DNA from: an uncultured bacterium
GTDB lineage: Bacteria; Zixibacteria; MSB-5A5; JAABVY01; JAHJOQ01
Length of the DNA stretch: 50,824 nucleotides
Direction: 5' to 3'
Assembly (NCBI GenBank): GCA_965369655.1
Contig: CBDUQR010000019.1
Coordinates: 1-50,824 of the forward strand
This document shows, piece after piece, positions 21,311-31,347 of the stretch. Position numbers and translations under genes: made by a program. Below the pieces are notes generated by a model. That model ran no database searches, was not told the origin of the DNA, and worked only from the letters and a program-made list of their open reading frames with translations. Each line of letters opens with the position of its first letter. Position 1 is the first letter of the stretch.

Positions 21311-21952
21311 TTACGATTCATCAGGCTCTTCGCTCTCTCTGGCAACGGCCACTCTCGCATGGCGAAGAACCCTGTCATTCAATTTGTAGCCTCTCGTCAG
21401 TTCCTGCACGACCGTGTCTGGGTCCGCGTCATCGGTCTCCACAGTCAGCATCGCCTCGTGAAAATTCGGGTCGAACCTGCATCCGATCGACTCAAATGGT
21501 TCGACTCCATTTTTACTGAGAATATCCGAGATCTGATTAAATATCAGCTCGGTCCCCTTCCTGAAATCCGCGAAATCGGATGATGAGTCGTCGACCGTCA
21601 GCGCTCTCTCGAAATTATCCTGCACCGTGAGTAGCTCCACCAGTATTTCTGCGCGAGCATTCTCGGCGATCGAAAAGAACTGCTTCGTGGTTCGCTTCTT
21701 GAAATTGTCAAACTCGGCAGCGAGCCGAAGATACTTGTCTTCCAGTTCTTTGATCTGCTCGTCCGGAGAAACTGTCGCCTGTTCTTCAGCTTCGCCTTCA
21801 TCCACCTCATCCGACGCAGATATGTCGGCAGATTCTTCTGGTGAGCTTTCCCGTCGCGAGTCCGTTACCTCGACCTCGACCTCCTCACCGCTTTCGTCTG
21901 CGGTGCGAGTCTCTTCTGTTGGCTCTTTCTTACCGTTTTCTTCTAAGTCCAT
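21311..21952 (-). CDS. grpE: Nucleotide exchange factor GrpE
   Basis: [22 protein letters not shown]...RVLR.A.V. Confidence 0.97.
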   Translation of the reverse strand: MDLEENGKKEPTEETRTADESGEEVEVEVTDSRRESSPEESADISASDEVDEGEAEEQATVSPDEQIKELEDKYLRLAAEFDNFKKRTTKQFFSIAENARAEILVELLTVQDNFERALTVDDSSSDFADFRKGTELIFNQISDILSKNGVEPFESIGCRFDPNFHEAMLTVETDDADPDTVVQELTRGYKLNDRVLRHARVAVARESEEPDES

Positions 21953-21962
21953 GTTGACACCT

Positions 21963-23000
21963 TTACTTGGATAACAGCCTGGACAGGAGTTTCGCTGTGT
22001 AGTCGACTATCGATACAAGTTTGGAATACTGCATTCTTGTCGGTCCAATGACTCCGATGCGTCCCTGTGATCTCCCGACTTTGTATGTCGAGGTGACCAT
22101 GCTGCACATCTCGAAATTGCCGAGATTAGCTTCTTTGCCAATCGTTACGACCACGCCATCTTCGAGCGATGCGGCCGATACCATCTCGGCTATCGGTTCT
22201 TTGGATTCGAGCGCACCGAGCAGTTCGTTGAGTTTCTGCCTGTCACGAAACTCCGGCTGCTGTATGATATTCGATGCTCCCTCGACGTGCAAACTGTCTT
22301 TATCGACGCCTTCGCTTACAGCCGCCATCGAGTCGGTAAACACGCGCAGCAGTTTCGGCTCTCCGAGATGAATGTTCTTGAAACGATCGGAGATTGTTCT
22401 CTTGATCTCGCCGAGACTCAGCCCGACGAGTCGTTCGTTCAACAACCGCGACGTCTCGCTGACCATGTCGGCCCTGATGTCTGCATCGATCTCCATCAGG
22501 ATCGTCCTGACAAGTCCTGACTTCACAGCGATCACTACAAGCAGCTTCCTCTCGGCGACCGGGATCATATCCATCTTAGACAGGATCGCCTTGTCGAGTT
22601 GCGGAGACGTTGAGAGACCGAGCTGTGACGTCACTTCCGCGAGTATCCTCGATGTTTGTTCGAGAATCTGTTCGATTGGAGTGAACTGCGCCGGAATTTG
22701 CTGCTTGATTCGATCTTTTTCTTCAGCGGAAAGGTCGTCGGGTTTCAACAGCAGATCGACATACACTCGATAGCCGAGGTCGGTCGGCATCCTGCCTGCG
22801 GAAGTATGCGGCTGGGTGACAAGACCGATATCTTCGAGATCGGAAAGCGTATTGCGAATCGTCGCCGGCGAGATGCCAAGCTTGTACTTGTTAGCCAGCA
22901 CTCGCGATCCAACAGGCTCAGCCGTCTTGACATAATGGTCAATCAGCGAAGCGAGTATTCGTTTGTCGCGTTCCGTCAGATTCTCAAAACTGCGCTTCAT
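21963..23000 (-). CDS. hrcA: Heat-inducible repressor HrcA
   Basis: PVGS, SPATIRN, PHTSAGR.PT, GVIGPTRM.Y. Confidence 0.97.
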   Translation of the reverse strand: MKRSFENLTERDKRILASLIDHYVKTAEPVGSRVLANKYKLGISPATIRNTLSDLEDIGLVTQPHTSAGRMPTDLGYRVYVDLLLKPDDLSAEEKDRIKQQIPAQFTPIEQILEQTSRILAEVTSQLGLSTSPQLDKAILSKMDMIPVAERKLLVVIAVKSGLVRTILMEIDADIRADMVSETSRLLNERLVGLSLGEIKRTISDRFKNIHLGEPKLLRVFTDSMAAVSEGVDKDSLHVEGASNIIQQPEFRDRQKLNELLGALESKEPIAEMVSAASLEDGVVVTIGKEANLGNFEMCSMVTSTYKVGRSQGRIGVIGPTRMQYSKLVSIVDYTAKLLSRLLSK

Positions 23001-23025
23001 CGTTCTCCCTTGTATCAGCCGCCTG

Positions 23026-23079
23026 TTAGCAGTTGCACGTGCCGAGTGCTAATACTACGGCATAAAATACGCCTGTCAA
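23026..23079 (-). promoter_or_regulatory. CIRCE operator plus sigma70 promoter of the hrcA operon
   Basis: Minus strand TTAGCACTC-N9-AACTGCTAA (23052-23026); TTGACA (23079-23074)-N16-TAGTAT. Confidence 0.9.
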
Positions 23080-23139
23080 GGACATTTTGTTCCCTAACAG
23101 GCTGAATATCATCGACTTGAATGTAGAATCCGTGCGGAA

Positions 23140-23466
23140 TCAGCTTCCAGGCAGTTTAGTCTTCGGTTCTTCCTTCTTTTCCTGACGAGTTGGCTTCGAT
23201 TTGTCCTTTATCCCCTGGACTTTGACTCTCTGTTTTTCCGCCTTCTCAAAACGATCATCAATTCCGTTCTTGTTGTCGTCCTTGAAGCTGTCATAGCTGT
23301 TGGATGACTGCGAGTCCGTCTGCGATTTCTCAACTGGCTGAGTCGGCTTCTTGACTTCCGGCGCTTCTATCTTGATTGCCGTGCCCGTAGAACCCGCATA
23401 GACCGATGTCGCACAGCCGACAACTGCAGCCGTCAGAATTAGCAAAACTGTTGCTGTCTTAGACAT
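23140..23466 (-). CDS. Small exported hypothetical protein
   Basis: Signal peptide; D.NKNGIDD EF-hand-like loop; GGAG RBS. Confidence 0.7.
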   Translation of the reverse strand: MSKTATVLLILTAAVVGCATSVYAGSTGTAIKIEAPEVKKPTQPVEKSQTDSQSSNSYDSFKDDNKNGIDDRFEKAEKQRVKVQGIKDKSKPTRQEKKEEPKTKLPGS

Positions 23467-23585
23467 CTCTCACTCCAAATCGAATACCACCATGATATTA
23501 TCGGTAACTTCGATGTCAACCTAAATTACCCGATATCGAATGCAAACAACCTCATGACTACTTGTCATCTATAGACCTGTGTTGT

Positions 23586-24263
23586 TCAATACCACATTTG
23601 AGCCTCTTCATAGTTGAGAAGGATCTGTGAGGCTTGTTCATCGGCCTTGGTGTCCAAAAGCATCGTATTCAGCTTATCTGAATCAATCATGGAGGGAATA
23701 TATTCGATGTTGACTTTGACCTGTGGATGATAGATAAGACGGTTCGACACCGGGTAATAGGTGAATGGACAGTAAGCTACTTTTGCAAATGTATACTTCC
23801 TGAGCCCACCCCTGCCGCGATACCAAGCGGGTGATTCAGGATATGGTTCATCTGAACTGTATGTTGTGGAATAATTGTGCTCCCACTCCTCCTTCATTCT
23901 CCTGATCTTTGCCTCACTTAGACCTGATCCTCTAGACCGAGAAATAGGACGGATTAAATGAGAATCGGCAATCTCTTGGGAACCGACAGGTTCACATTCC
24001 ACCGAGATTATATCTGTTCCTGGCGGAACAGCGACATTGAAAGTTCTGGCTGGTAAGAATGGCTTTCCCGGTATCGACAGAGTGCCAAATTCCTTCATCT
24101 TAATCATGTATTGCCCTTCGTAACGCCCGCTCTCTACTTCCAAAATCTCATATTCACCTGCATCAATGGTGACAGTTAAAACTTCAGCGTTCGGACTCGA
24201 AGGGATAATCATAGTGCCTACGACAGAGCATATGCTGAGTATACATATGTTGGTGATTCTCAT
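23586..24263 (-). CDS. Gingipain (C25) propeptide-like protein without a catalytic domain, possibly truncated
   Basis: Signal peptide; PGKP.LP....AVPPG, Y.SD..YP, PF.Y.P....L; ends at the ...WY boundary; GGAGG RBS. Confidence 0.65.
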   Translation of the reverse strand: MRITNICILSICSVVGTMIIPSSPNAEVLTVTIDAGEYEILEVESGRYEGQYMIKMKEFGTLSIPGKPFLPARTFNVAVPPGTDIISVECEPVGSQEIADSHLIRPISRSRGSGLSEAKIRRMKEEWEHNYSTTYSSDEPYPESPAWYRGRGGLRKYTFAKVAYCPFTYYPVSNRLIYHPQVKVNIEYIPSMIDSDKLNTMLLDTKADEQASQILLNYEEAQMWY

Positions 24264-24371
24264 CAGACACCTCCTGTTAATCAAAATCCGCGCTTCCTCT
24301 AACTTGGCCACCCCTGTGATAACTCCGCTAATAAACAAATGGAACTAATGGGGAGCAATATACTCGCACCA

Positions 24372-25937
24372 CTATCTCCTTTTACCCTTACTTCCGCCGC
24401 TCGATCCCTTTGATCCTGAAGAGCGTGATCCGTCCTTGCTGACAGAACCACCCGACGACTTCACGGAAGTCTTTCTTGGCGAAGAATAGCCGGATGAACT
24501 CTTCGATCCACTCGACCCGGACTTGGTCGCCCCGCCCGATTTGATCTTCGACGATCCGGATGACTTCTTGGATTCTCCGGACTTGATCTTAGTCGATCCC
24601 GACGATTTGCCTGAACCTTTGTTCGGCTTGAAGATTGGCTCGCTCGATTTCACTGAGCTGGAGCCTTTCGATCCTGACGATTTCTTCACCTTCTTACCGC
24701 CATAGTATGTACCGGTCTTTGTCTGATCCGACTTCTTAACAGATCCTTGCTTGCCTGACTCGCCGCTCTTGCTGATTGGTTTTGGGTTCCTGTAGTTGTC
24801 GGCCTTCTTGTTCGGCGATTCTTTCCTCCAGGAATCCTTGCCGGTTGTTATGCTCTTGCCTTCGGAGCCATACTTCTTCACGCCACGATCGGTTTTCTTC
24901 TTGAAGTAGGGTGAGACGATTTTCGACACACGCTGCTTCTCGAATGTCTTTCGGTAGACTTCTTTGGACACATAGCCCTTATCTTTTGTAAAGACCTTTG
25001 TACGCCGGTCCGGGTGGTATTTGTCGCCAATGTCATTATGCGAAGCTCTGCGACCCGGCTTGAATTTGTATCGCCTGTGGTCGTCCTTGTATCTTATGTC
25101 ATCATACACATAATCATACCAGACGCCTGAATAAATATGCACACGGCTGTCCCACCACCAGAAGCCACCATGCCAGATCCTGATATGATGCCAGCCGATG
25201 ACGATACGCGGAATGAACAGCGGGGCATAGCCATAGAATATGCCGTTTATCCAGACCTCGCCGCCGTACGGGTAACCGACATAGATCGTCCCGCACCAGT
25301 CCCAGGGATCGTAGTAGCCGTAGCGATCATAACGGTAACCGTCGTTACCGTAGTAGTCATCCCAATCATACTCCCAGTTCTTCCTGACCTCGAAATACGT
25401 GTAATCGGTCGCACATCGCCCGCCGGAATGATCGATCGGGAAGTAGCGCATGTTTACATGGTTCAGGAACTCGACCGGCTCTCTGTCCGAATGCAGGGGA
25501 CGGTAATCCTCGTATTCGAAGAATCTTGACGGCCATGGCGGCACCTCGTACCAGTCGAGCGATGCTACCGCCTGGATGTACTCTGTTCCAGGTGGACCTT
25601 CAACGACCAACTCGTACTCGTCGTAGTAGTCGGGAATCGTGTAAACCTTTCCACCCTCAACATAGATCGGATCATTGTGATCCATCGGGAAAAGCAGGTT
25701 CACATTCCCGCGCGTGTCGAGATTGTAGATCGTGACATAGCAGTCGCGGTTCGCCTGGAAGTAGACGATAATATGTTCGCCCTGCCCGTATGATTTCCCC
25801 TCGGCCTTGTTTGTCCAGACCCGGACATCGAGATCCTTCTTATGGATCGGTGCGATTCTGTCCTGCGCGAATGCCTGCGCGGCGATCAGTACCGCCAGAA
25901 GCATCGCGCCGATTGTGATTGCGTGTCGCCATTTCAT
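24372..25937 (-). CDS. Exported DUF4384-domain protein with PEGA-like segment and Ser/Gly/Lys low-complexity tail
   Basis: VWTNK...Y..GE.I...F.ANRDCYVTIYN.D..G...LLFP...GPPGTE; V.INGI.YG.AP. Confidence 0.8.
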   Translation of the reverse strand: MKWRHAITIGAMLLAVLIAAQAFAQDRIAPIHKKDLDVRVWTNKAEGKSYGQGEHIIVYFQANRDCYVTIYNLDTRGNVNLLFPMDHNDPIYVEGGKVYTIPDYYDEYELVVEGPPGTEYIQAVASLDWYEVPPWPSRFFEYEDYRPLHSDREPVEFLNHVNMRYFPIDHSGGRCATDYTYFEVRKNWEYDWDDYYGNDGYRYDRYGYYDPWDWCGTIYVGYPYGGEVWINGIFYGYAPLFIPRIVIGWHHIRIWHGGFWWWDSRVHIYSGVWYDYVYDDIRYKDDHRRYKFKPGRRASHNDIGDKYHPDRRTKVFTKDKGYVSKEVYRKTFEKQRVSKIVSPYFKKKTDRGVKKYGSEGKSITTGKDSWRKESPNKKADNYRNPKPISKSGESGKQGSVKKSDQTKTGTYYGGKKVKKSSGSKGSSSVKSSEPIFKPNKGSGKSSGSTKIKSGESKKSSGSSKIKSGGATKSGSSGSKSSSGYSSPRKTSVKSSGGSVSKDGSRSSGSKGSSGGSKGKRR

Positions 25938-25955
25938 TGTAATCACCTGCCTCAC

Positions 25956-26876
25956 TTATCTCAAGTTATCATCAGATACAAACTTCATTATCGCATCATC
26001 TACCGGCTCGCGGACCGGCCTCTCAGGCATCAACTCCGGATAGCCCTGCACTGTCTGATACGCCCAGGAAATTGTCACCGTGCGGCCAGCATAGTACAAC
26101 TCGTCGATCCGGAACTTAGCGTAGTGGTCGTCATCAGTCCACACATAGTACGAGTGTCCCAAAATCGCTTCGAGCCAGCCAACTCTCGACCAGCCTTCGG
26201 AGGGAGCCCAGTCGAGCTCATCGAGACTCTCGGTGTAGCCGTAATCCTGGATGTCGGTCTGGCCGTACTCATCGATTCTCGCCCAGACGAAGAAGGCATC
26301 GAGATTTGAATCATACTCGAAGTAAATATCGGTTAGAACATTGTCGGCATGTCTGACTCGCGCATCACGGAAATCGAATCCGGAGACCTCTGGGTGTGTG
26401 TGGAAATCGCGAAGCACCACTCCGCTCCCCTCAGGTCGAGGCGTATCGAAAACGTCCTCGCGGGAAAGATCGGCACTTTCGTTACCGTGAATGTCTACAG
26501 CCGTGACAGCGTAGTAGTATGTGTCACCGTTTCTGACATCGTAATCGAAATAGTGATTCACGCTCACTTCAGATTTGGGTCTATAATATCTGCCGTTTTC
26601 ATCCACCCAATCTTCTTCTGATCTCCAGACCCGATAGTAGCTGAAATCATCTTCGGGGCTTTCGAGCCAGTAGACATACACTGCCCTGTCGCCCGTGACT
26701 GAATAGACGCCCTGGGGAGCGTCTGGAGGAGTATCATCTACCACGACGACCCGGCAGTCATCACAGCAACTAACTAAGAACGCTCCCCAGAACATAAGGA
26801 TCAGCCCAATTGAGATCCTCAAAATCCATATTCTCATGTATGTCGAATGTCCTGTCTTTGTACTTTGCTGTCTCAT
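25956..26876 (-). CDS. Predicted lipoprotein with fibronectin type III domain
   Basis: LVSC lipobox-like; DDTPP.AP.G...W...Y.VWRS...YYYAVTAVD..GNES; AAGGAGG RBS. Confidence 0.8.
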   Translation of the reverse strand: MRQQSTKTGHSTYMRIWILRISIGLILMFWGAFLVSCCDDCRVVVVDDTPPDAPQGVYSVTGDRAVYVYWLESPEDDFSYYRVWRSEEDWVDENGRYYRPKSEVSVNHYFDYDVRNGDTYYYAVTAVDIHGNESADLSREDVFDTPRPEGSGVVLRDFHTHPEVSGFDFRDARVRHADNVLTDIYFEYDSNLDAFFVWARIDEYGQTDIQDYGYTESLDELDWAPSEGWSRVGWLEAILGHSYYVWTDDDHYAKFRIDELYYAGRTVTISWAYQTVQGYPELMPERPVREPVDDAIMKFVSDDNLR

Positions 26877-26915
26877 GGCTACCTCCTTCAGTTGATAGCA
26901 TTCACCCATGTCTAA

Positions 26916-26931
26916 AGCAATGCCTGTGCCA
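26916..26931 (-). promoter_or_regulatory. Sigma54 (-24/-12) promoter
   Basis: Minus strand TGGCAC-AGGCA-TTGCT matches the TGGCAC-N5-TTGC consensus, about 40 nt upstream of the ATG. Confidence 0.85.
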
Positions 26932-27042
26932 TAGTGCAGATATGGTGCGCAGCGCCACTCTATGATGCTGTCGCACTATAACTTATGCTGACAGGATAAT
27001 GTCGCACTTCAGGATGATTCTATCGAGATTTGGCTGGACAAA

Positions 27043-27087
27043 GCACTAATTTTGTGCGGAACAAATCGAGGCTGCATAATTATGTTG
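27043..27087. promoter_or_regulatory. Candidate NtrC-type upstream activator sites
   Basis: GCACTAATTTTGTGC (27043-27057) and TGCATAATTATGTTG (27073-27087), 110-155 bp upstream of the sigma54 promoter. Confidence 0.5.
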
Positions 27088-27213
27088 AGTTGGGCGTGTG
27101 GGAGAATTGGGAGTAGGGCGGTTGAGTAGATACTGTCTTGAAAGTCAAGCTCTGAATTCAGTAGTTGTAGATCAGACCCCTGCGGTCCTGACGATTGAAT
27201 TGACGATACTAAC

Positions 27214-27242
27214 CCGTCAGGAGCACAGGGATCCTGACCTAC
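27214..27242. repeat. GTAG-type REP-like repeat
   Basis: CCGTCAGGA[G/T]CACAGGGATCCTGACCTAC, also at 47979-48007. Confidence 0.75.
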
Positions 27243-27274
27243 GGGAGTGTTCCCGCGCTATGTTCTGCCCGCGC

Positions 27275-27625
27275 TCAGTCGGTTGCGTAGACCATCACCG
27301 GTATGCCGGACGGATCTCTGCACAGCGCGTACTCGAGGTCGGAGTCTGTCTCAGTCTGCTCCGGAACAGACGCGCCGTTCTCGCGAAAGAGTCCGAGCGT
27401 TTCCTTCATGTCGTCGGTTGCGACGGCGATCGCGAATCGACTGTTCATGCTGGTATCGATGAGGGTAACCCGCTGTTTCGTGTTGGGGTCCTCAAGCATG
27501 ATACCTGAATCACTTCGCTCGATCTCTTTCATGCCGATCACATCGATCCAGAAATCTGCCGCTTCATCGAGCGAATCGACACGGATCATCGTATCCGTAA
27601 ACTGTAAGCGCTTCCTTTCGCTCAT
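27275..27625 (-). CDS. VOC/glyoxalase family protein
   Basis: IRV.SLDEA..FW..V.G; C-terminal RDPSG. Confidence 0.85.
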   Translation of the reverse strand: MSERKRLQFTDTMIRVDSLDEAADFWIDVIGMKEIERSDSGIMLEDPNTKQRVTLIDTSMNSRFAIAVATDDMKETLGLFRENGASVPEQTETDSDLEYALCRDPSGIPVMVYATD

Positions 27626-27688
27626 TTCTGCATCCTGATTATAGTGTACTGGAATCTTATATGCACCTCTTGAACTGGATTCTGGGAG

Positions 27689-29062
27689 CTATTCATCCTC
27701 CCGGGTCAGCCCGTACTCCTTGATCTTGAGCCTGAGCGTGTTCCTGTGAATGCCGAGCAATTCCGCCGTTCTGGCAAAATTCCAGTCGGCATAGTCGAGG
27801 ACCTCCCTGATATGATCCCTCTCCACAGCTTTCAACTCCGGGACATCGCCGTCTGTAAGGAATTCCGCTGGTGCCGCGCTTGCTGATTTCGACAGCGACA
27901 AGGCGCTGAAATCCTCGACGTCGAGCACATTACCCCTGCACAGGACGCACGCGCGCTCCAGGATATTTATCAGTTCACGGACATTCCCGGGCCACGAGTA
28001 TGACAGCAGGATGTCCTTCGCTTCCGGAGTGAGCCCCTCGATCTGCCTGTTCAGTCTCTCATTGTTCTTCCTGAGAAAGTGATCGACGAGCGGAATGATA
28101 TCCTTCCTGTGATCTCGCAATGCGGGCATGTGGATATTGATGACGTCGAGACGATAGAACAGATCCTCTCGGAATTGCCCCTGCTCGATCCTCTCCTTCA
28201 GGTCGCAGTTTGTCGCTGCTAAAAGACGCACGTCAACTTTGATCGGCTTCGATGATCCGAGTCGCTCGAACTGCATCGTCTCGATCACTCGCAGAAGCTT
28301 GATCTGAATCTCGGGCGATATGTCTCCGATCTCATCGAGAAACAACGTTCCGCCATCGGCCATCTCGAACCTGCCGATCTTCGACATTGTCGCTCCGGTA
28401 AACGCGCCCTTGACATGACCGAAAAGTTCCGATTCCAGCAGTGTCTCCGGAATCGCTGCGCACGACACCGCGACGAATCGATTCGATTTCCTGTCTGACA
28501 GATTGTGCAGAGCCTTTGCCGCAAGCTCTTTACCGGTGCCTGATTCTCCCGTGATCAAAACTGTCGCGTCAGTCGTAGCAACGCGGCTTATGGTCGAAAG
28601 CATTTCCCGCATGGCGTCGCTGTCGCCAATCATCTGCTCGTCTCGGCTCACTTTCTCCAATTCCGACCGCAGATACAGGTTTTCCCGCAACAGGTGATGC
28701 TTCTCGCCTGCCTTCTGTATCAGCGCGAGCAGTTCATCGAGGTCAACCGGCTTTGAGATGTAGTGATACGCTCCCGACTGCATCGCCTCGACAGCCGTCT
28801 CGACAGTCCCGTACGCGGTCATCATAATCGGCTGCAACTGCGGATCGAGACTCTTGAGCTTCTTCATCAGCGAGAGGCCATCCTCTTTCGGCATCTTCAT
28901 GTCGAGCAACGCCACCTCGTAGCCGGCCTTCTCGTACAAATCGAGAGCTTCGGCGGCTGAACCGGCCGTCCGGCACGAGTACCCCTTCTTTTCGAGGAAG
29001 CCGGAGAGCATCGATCGCTGGTTCTGCTCGTCGTCGACAATGAGTATCCTCAGTTTCTGCAT
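27689..29062 (-). CDS. Sigma54-dependent response regulator (NtrC/AtoC family)
   Basis: Receiver domain (IVDDE, LLDMKMP); [14 protein letters not shown]; Fis-type HTH. Confidence 0.95.
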   Translation of the reverse strand: MQKLRILIVDDEQNQRSMLSGFLEKKGYSCRTAGSAAEALDLYEKAGYEVALLDMKMPKEDGLSLMKKLKSLDPQLQPIMMTAYGTVETAVEAMQSGAYHYISKPVDLDELLALIQKAGEKHHLLRENLYLRSELEKVSRDEQMIGDSDAMREMLSTISRVATTDATVLITGESGTGKELAAKALHNLSDRKSNRFVAVSCAAIPETLLESELFGHVKGAFTGATMSKIGRFEMADGGTLFLDEIGDISPEIQIKLLRVIETMQFERLGSSKPIKVDVRLLAATNCDLKERIEQGQFREDLFYRLDVINIHMPALRDHRKDIIPLVDHFLRKNNERLNRQIEGLTPEAKDILLSYSWPGNVRELINILERACVLCRGNVLDVEDFSALSLSKSASAAPAEFLTDGDVPELKAVERDHIREVLDYADWNFARTAELLGIHRNTLRLKIKEYGLTREDE

Positions 29063-29154
29063 GCACGAAGGATACCCGCGATGCAAATGCAAATCAAGCA
29101 AAACTTGCACGATCCCGCAGAGCCATACCAACGGGATCGTGGTAAAGAAACCGG

Positions 29155-29403
29155 TCAGATGTCTTTTATCTCGCGCATCTTACGCATTTTCCTGAACAGC
29201 CTGACATACTCGCTGAGCATCTCTTCTTCTGCCTTTGTGATTCCCTCCATCACAGGAAGGCCGACTTTGATCAGCGCCCTGACCATGTCGGCCATCGTTC
29301 TGTCGTAGCGTTCGGCGAGTTCTACGATTCGCTTCTTGAGTTCGTACGACACGAAAATGTTCAGGCAGTGCTCGCCTCTGAGTTTCTTCAGTTCATCCGG
29401 CAT
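29155..29403 (-). CDS. Ribbon-helix-helix/CopG-like small DNA-binding protein
   Basis: LNIFVS.ELK.RI.ELA....RTMADMVRALI pattern; GGAGG RBS. Confidence 0.65.
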   Translation of the reverse strand: MPDELKKLRGEHCLNIFVSYELKKRIVELAERYDRTMADMVRALIKVGLPVMEGITKAEEEMLSEYVRLFRKMRKMREIKDI

Positions 29404-29902
29404 TTGAATCCTCCGAATTGATGTGGTATTTCATGTGACCTATCAGTATTTGCGGCGTCGATATTTTCAGGCCGAACTGTTCCGACAGCAGTTTGTAGAT
29501 CGGCCTGAATGTCTCATCCGGCTTTTTCGCGAGGAGTATTCGATCGATTTCTTCCCTCTCAGGATGCTCGCAGATGATGCACGAGGTCTTTTCCTGCTCG
29601 ACGACTCCAAATCGCTCCGAGACATATTCAGTGAGTTTCAATTTCAGCTTCCTGATGATGCGCCGATTCATCCCATCGAGCTTGTGCGGTTTCTTACCGA
29701 GCAGTTCCGAGAGTTCCCTTATCGATCTCCCCTCGAACCAGTACATGCTGATGAAATCCCTTTCATCGGCGGGCAGGCTGTCGACCGCCTCTCTGACCCT
29801 GGCGATGATCTCCTTCTGCAGTTCCGATTTCCCCTGTTGACCGAATACGTTCTGTGACCCGACTTCATAAATCCAGTCGAGAAATACAATTCGTCCCGCC
29901 AT
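29393..29902 (-). CDS. Sigma region-4-like HTH protein fused to a CxxC...HxxxH domain
   Basis: VREAVDSLP..ER..I...WFEG.S..ELS..LG; CIICEHP...GHMKYH; AGGAGG RBS. Confidence 0.7.
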   Translation of the reverse strand: MAGRIVFLDWIYEVGSQNVFGQQGKSELQKEIIARVREAVDSLPADERDFISMYWFEGRSIRELSELLGKKPHKLDGMNRRIIRKLKLKLTEYVSERFGVVEQEKTSCIICEHPEREEIDRILLAKKPDETFRPIYKLLSEQFGLKISTPQILIGHMKYHINSEDSNAG

Positions 29903-30096
29903 CAATCTCCTCCTTTCGCTGTTTTGGTCCCAAGATGTGTGGAGAAGATTGCCGAGGGAATTACATGAACTTCACATGATACTGGAGATGAACAGGGCTA
30001 CGTATTTTGTCGGGGCACAGCCCCGACAAGCACGGGACATCAATTGGACTCCATTGTCATTGCGAGCGAACGAAGGGAGCGTGGCAATCTCATACT

Positions 30097-30173
30097 GTGG
30101 GCGGCAGACGTCCTCGCAAGTCCTGAGCTTCGAAGGGTTTGCCCCATCTTGCGCTGACATCGGCAGATGTGGA
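30097..30173. repeat. REP-like palindrome family GTGGGCGGCAGACGTCCTCG
   Basis: Inverted related copy at 47282-47336. Confidence 0.65.
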
Positions 30174-30234
30174 CACGGGTCCTGAGTCCCGAAGGATCTG
30201 CCGCGCACAGGTCGCTTGACCTGTATCGATTGCT

Positions 30235-31026
30235 TCAGTATGCTCGGATCGGCAGCCCGGTGAAGTCTTCAGCCCTTTTCGCGATCTTTTCGAGTATCTG
30301 CAGAGCAACCGGGTAAATACCTGATTCGGCGGGAGCCCGTTCGATCGAATATATCTGCACGTCGGACGCCTTGATTTCCTTCAGGATTTCACACCAGGCC
30401 TCTATGCTGCTCTCTTCGACATTCGTCGGATCGCCGGAGAAGAACATCGTTTGTATCGTGAGACCCGGATGATCCAGTTCCTTCAGTCCGGCAATAACTC
30501 GTTCAAACGAAAAGTCGGGATGAGGGCGATTTATGCGCAGGAACATTTCGTCGGTACCGGCGTCGAGTTTCATTATCGGCTTGTCGAGCTTCATCAACGC
30601 ATCACGCACTTCAGGGATTGCTATACCGGTCGAGTTGGAAAGGATTGCAGTCTTCGCATTAGGTGCCAGCGCGTCACGCACAGATACGATACGCTCCACC
30701 ATCTCCGGGAACTGAGGATGCAGCGTCGCCTCGCCATTGCCGGAAAATGTGATGTATTGAACATCAGGATAAAGCTCAAGAACCGAGCGGAGCGACTCCT
30801 CGACATCCGCAGGCGCTGGCAGTTGATCGTGCACTGCTGAGTGCAATGTGTAACCTGCTGGCTTCGTCGGTCCATACTGACAATAGATGCAGTTGAATCC
30901 GCAGAGTTTGTGATCCAGCGGCAACAGATTGACGCCGAGCGATGATCCGAGCCGTCGCGAGTTCACGGGACCATAGATGATCCCAATCTGCAAAGGAAGA
31001 TAGTCGGGAATGCTCTCCAAATGCAA
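30235..31026 (-). CDS. Radical SAM protein
   Basis: YGPV.SRRLG.SLG; CGFNCIYC; TFSGNGEATL. Confidence 0.92.
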   Translation of the reverse strand: MHLESIPDYLPLQIGIIYGPVNSRRLGSSLGVNLLPLDHKLCGFNCIYCQYGPTKPAGYTLHSAVHDQLPAPADVEESLRSVLELYPDVQYITFSGNGEATLHPQFPEMVERIVSVRDALAPNAKTAILSNSTGIAIPEVRDALMKLDKPIMKLDAGTDEMFLRINRPHPDFSFERVIAGLKELDHPGLTIQTMFFSGDPTNVEESSIEAWCEILKEIKASDVQIYSIERAPAESGIYPVALQILEKIAKRAEDFTGLPIRAY

Positions 31027-31140
31027 CTCTCCGTAGATCGCCTCGTCTTATTATTAAGAAACGCGAAGCGATCATGCGGTTCAACATAAATCTTGTGATG
31101 TCCATGCTGAGAGCGTATTCTTTGAACTGGAGGTGACGAC

Positions 31141-31347
31141 ATGTCAGGAAAGAACAATTCCGAAGAACGGCGTGGCATGATAATAGGCGGCCTTATCACG
31201 ATGGGTGTCGGTGTGTTTTTCCTGCTGCACAATTTCGATGTTATTCCCGGAATGCATAAGATGTGGCCCGTGATCCCTGTGATCGTCGGCGTGGCGTTGA
31301 TTATCGGTGCGTTCAGCAAGGGGAAGAAATCTGACAATTCCGACTGA
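31141..31347 (+). CDS. Small membrane protein (DUF5668/LiaF-TM-like)
   Basis: G.I..GV.FLL.N......WP.I....G...I; GGAGG RBS. Confidence 0.75.
   Translation: MSGKNNSEERRGMIIGGLITMGVGVFFLLHNFDVIPGMHKMWPVIPVIVGVALIIGAFSKGKKSDNSD

Noticed and set aside
23586-23588. TGA ending the C25 propeptide as selenocysteine
   Set aside because: Further stops follow within a few codons, with no hairpin or Cys motif.
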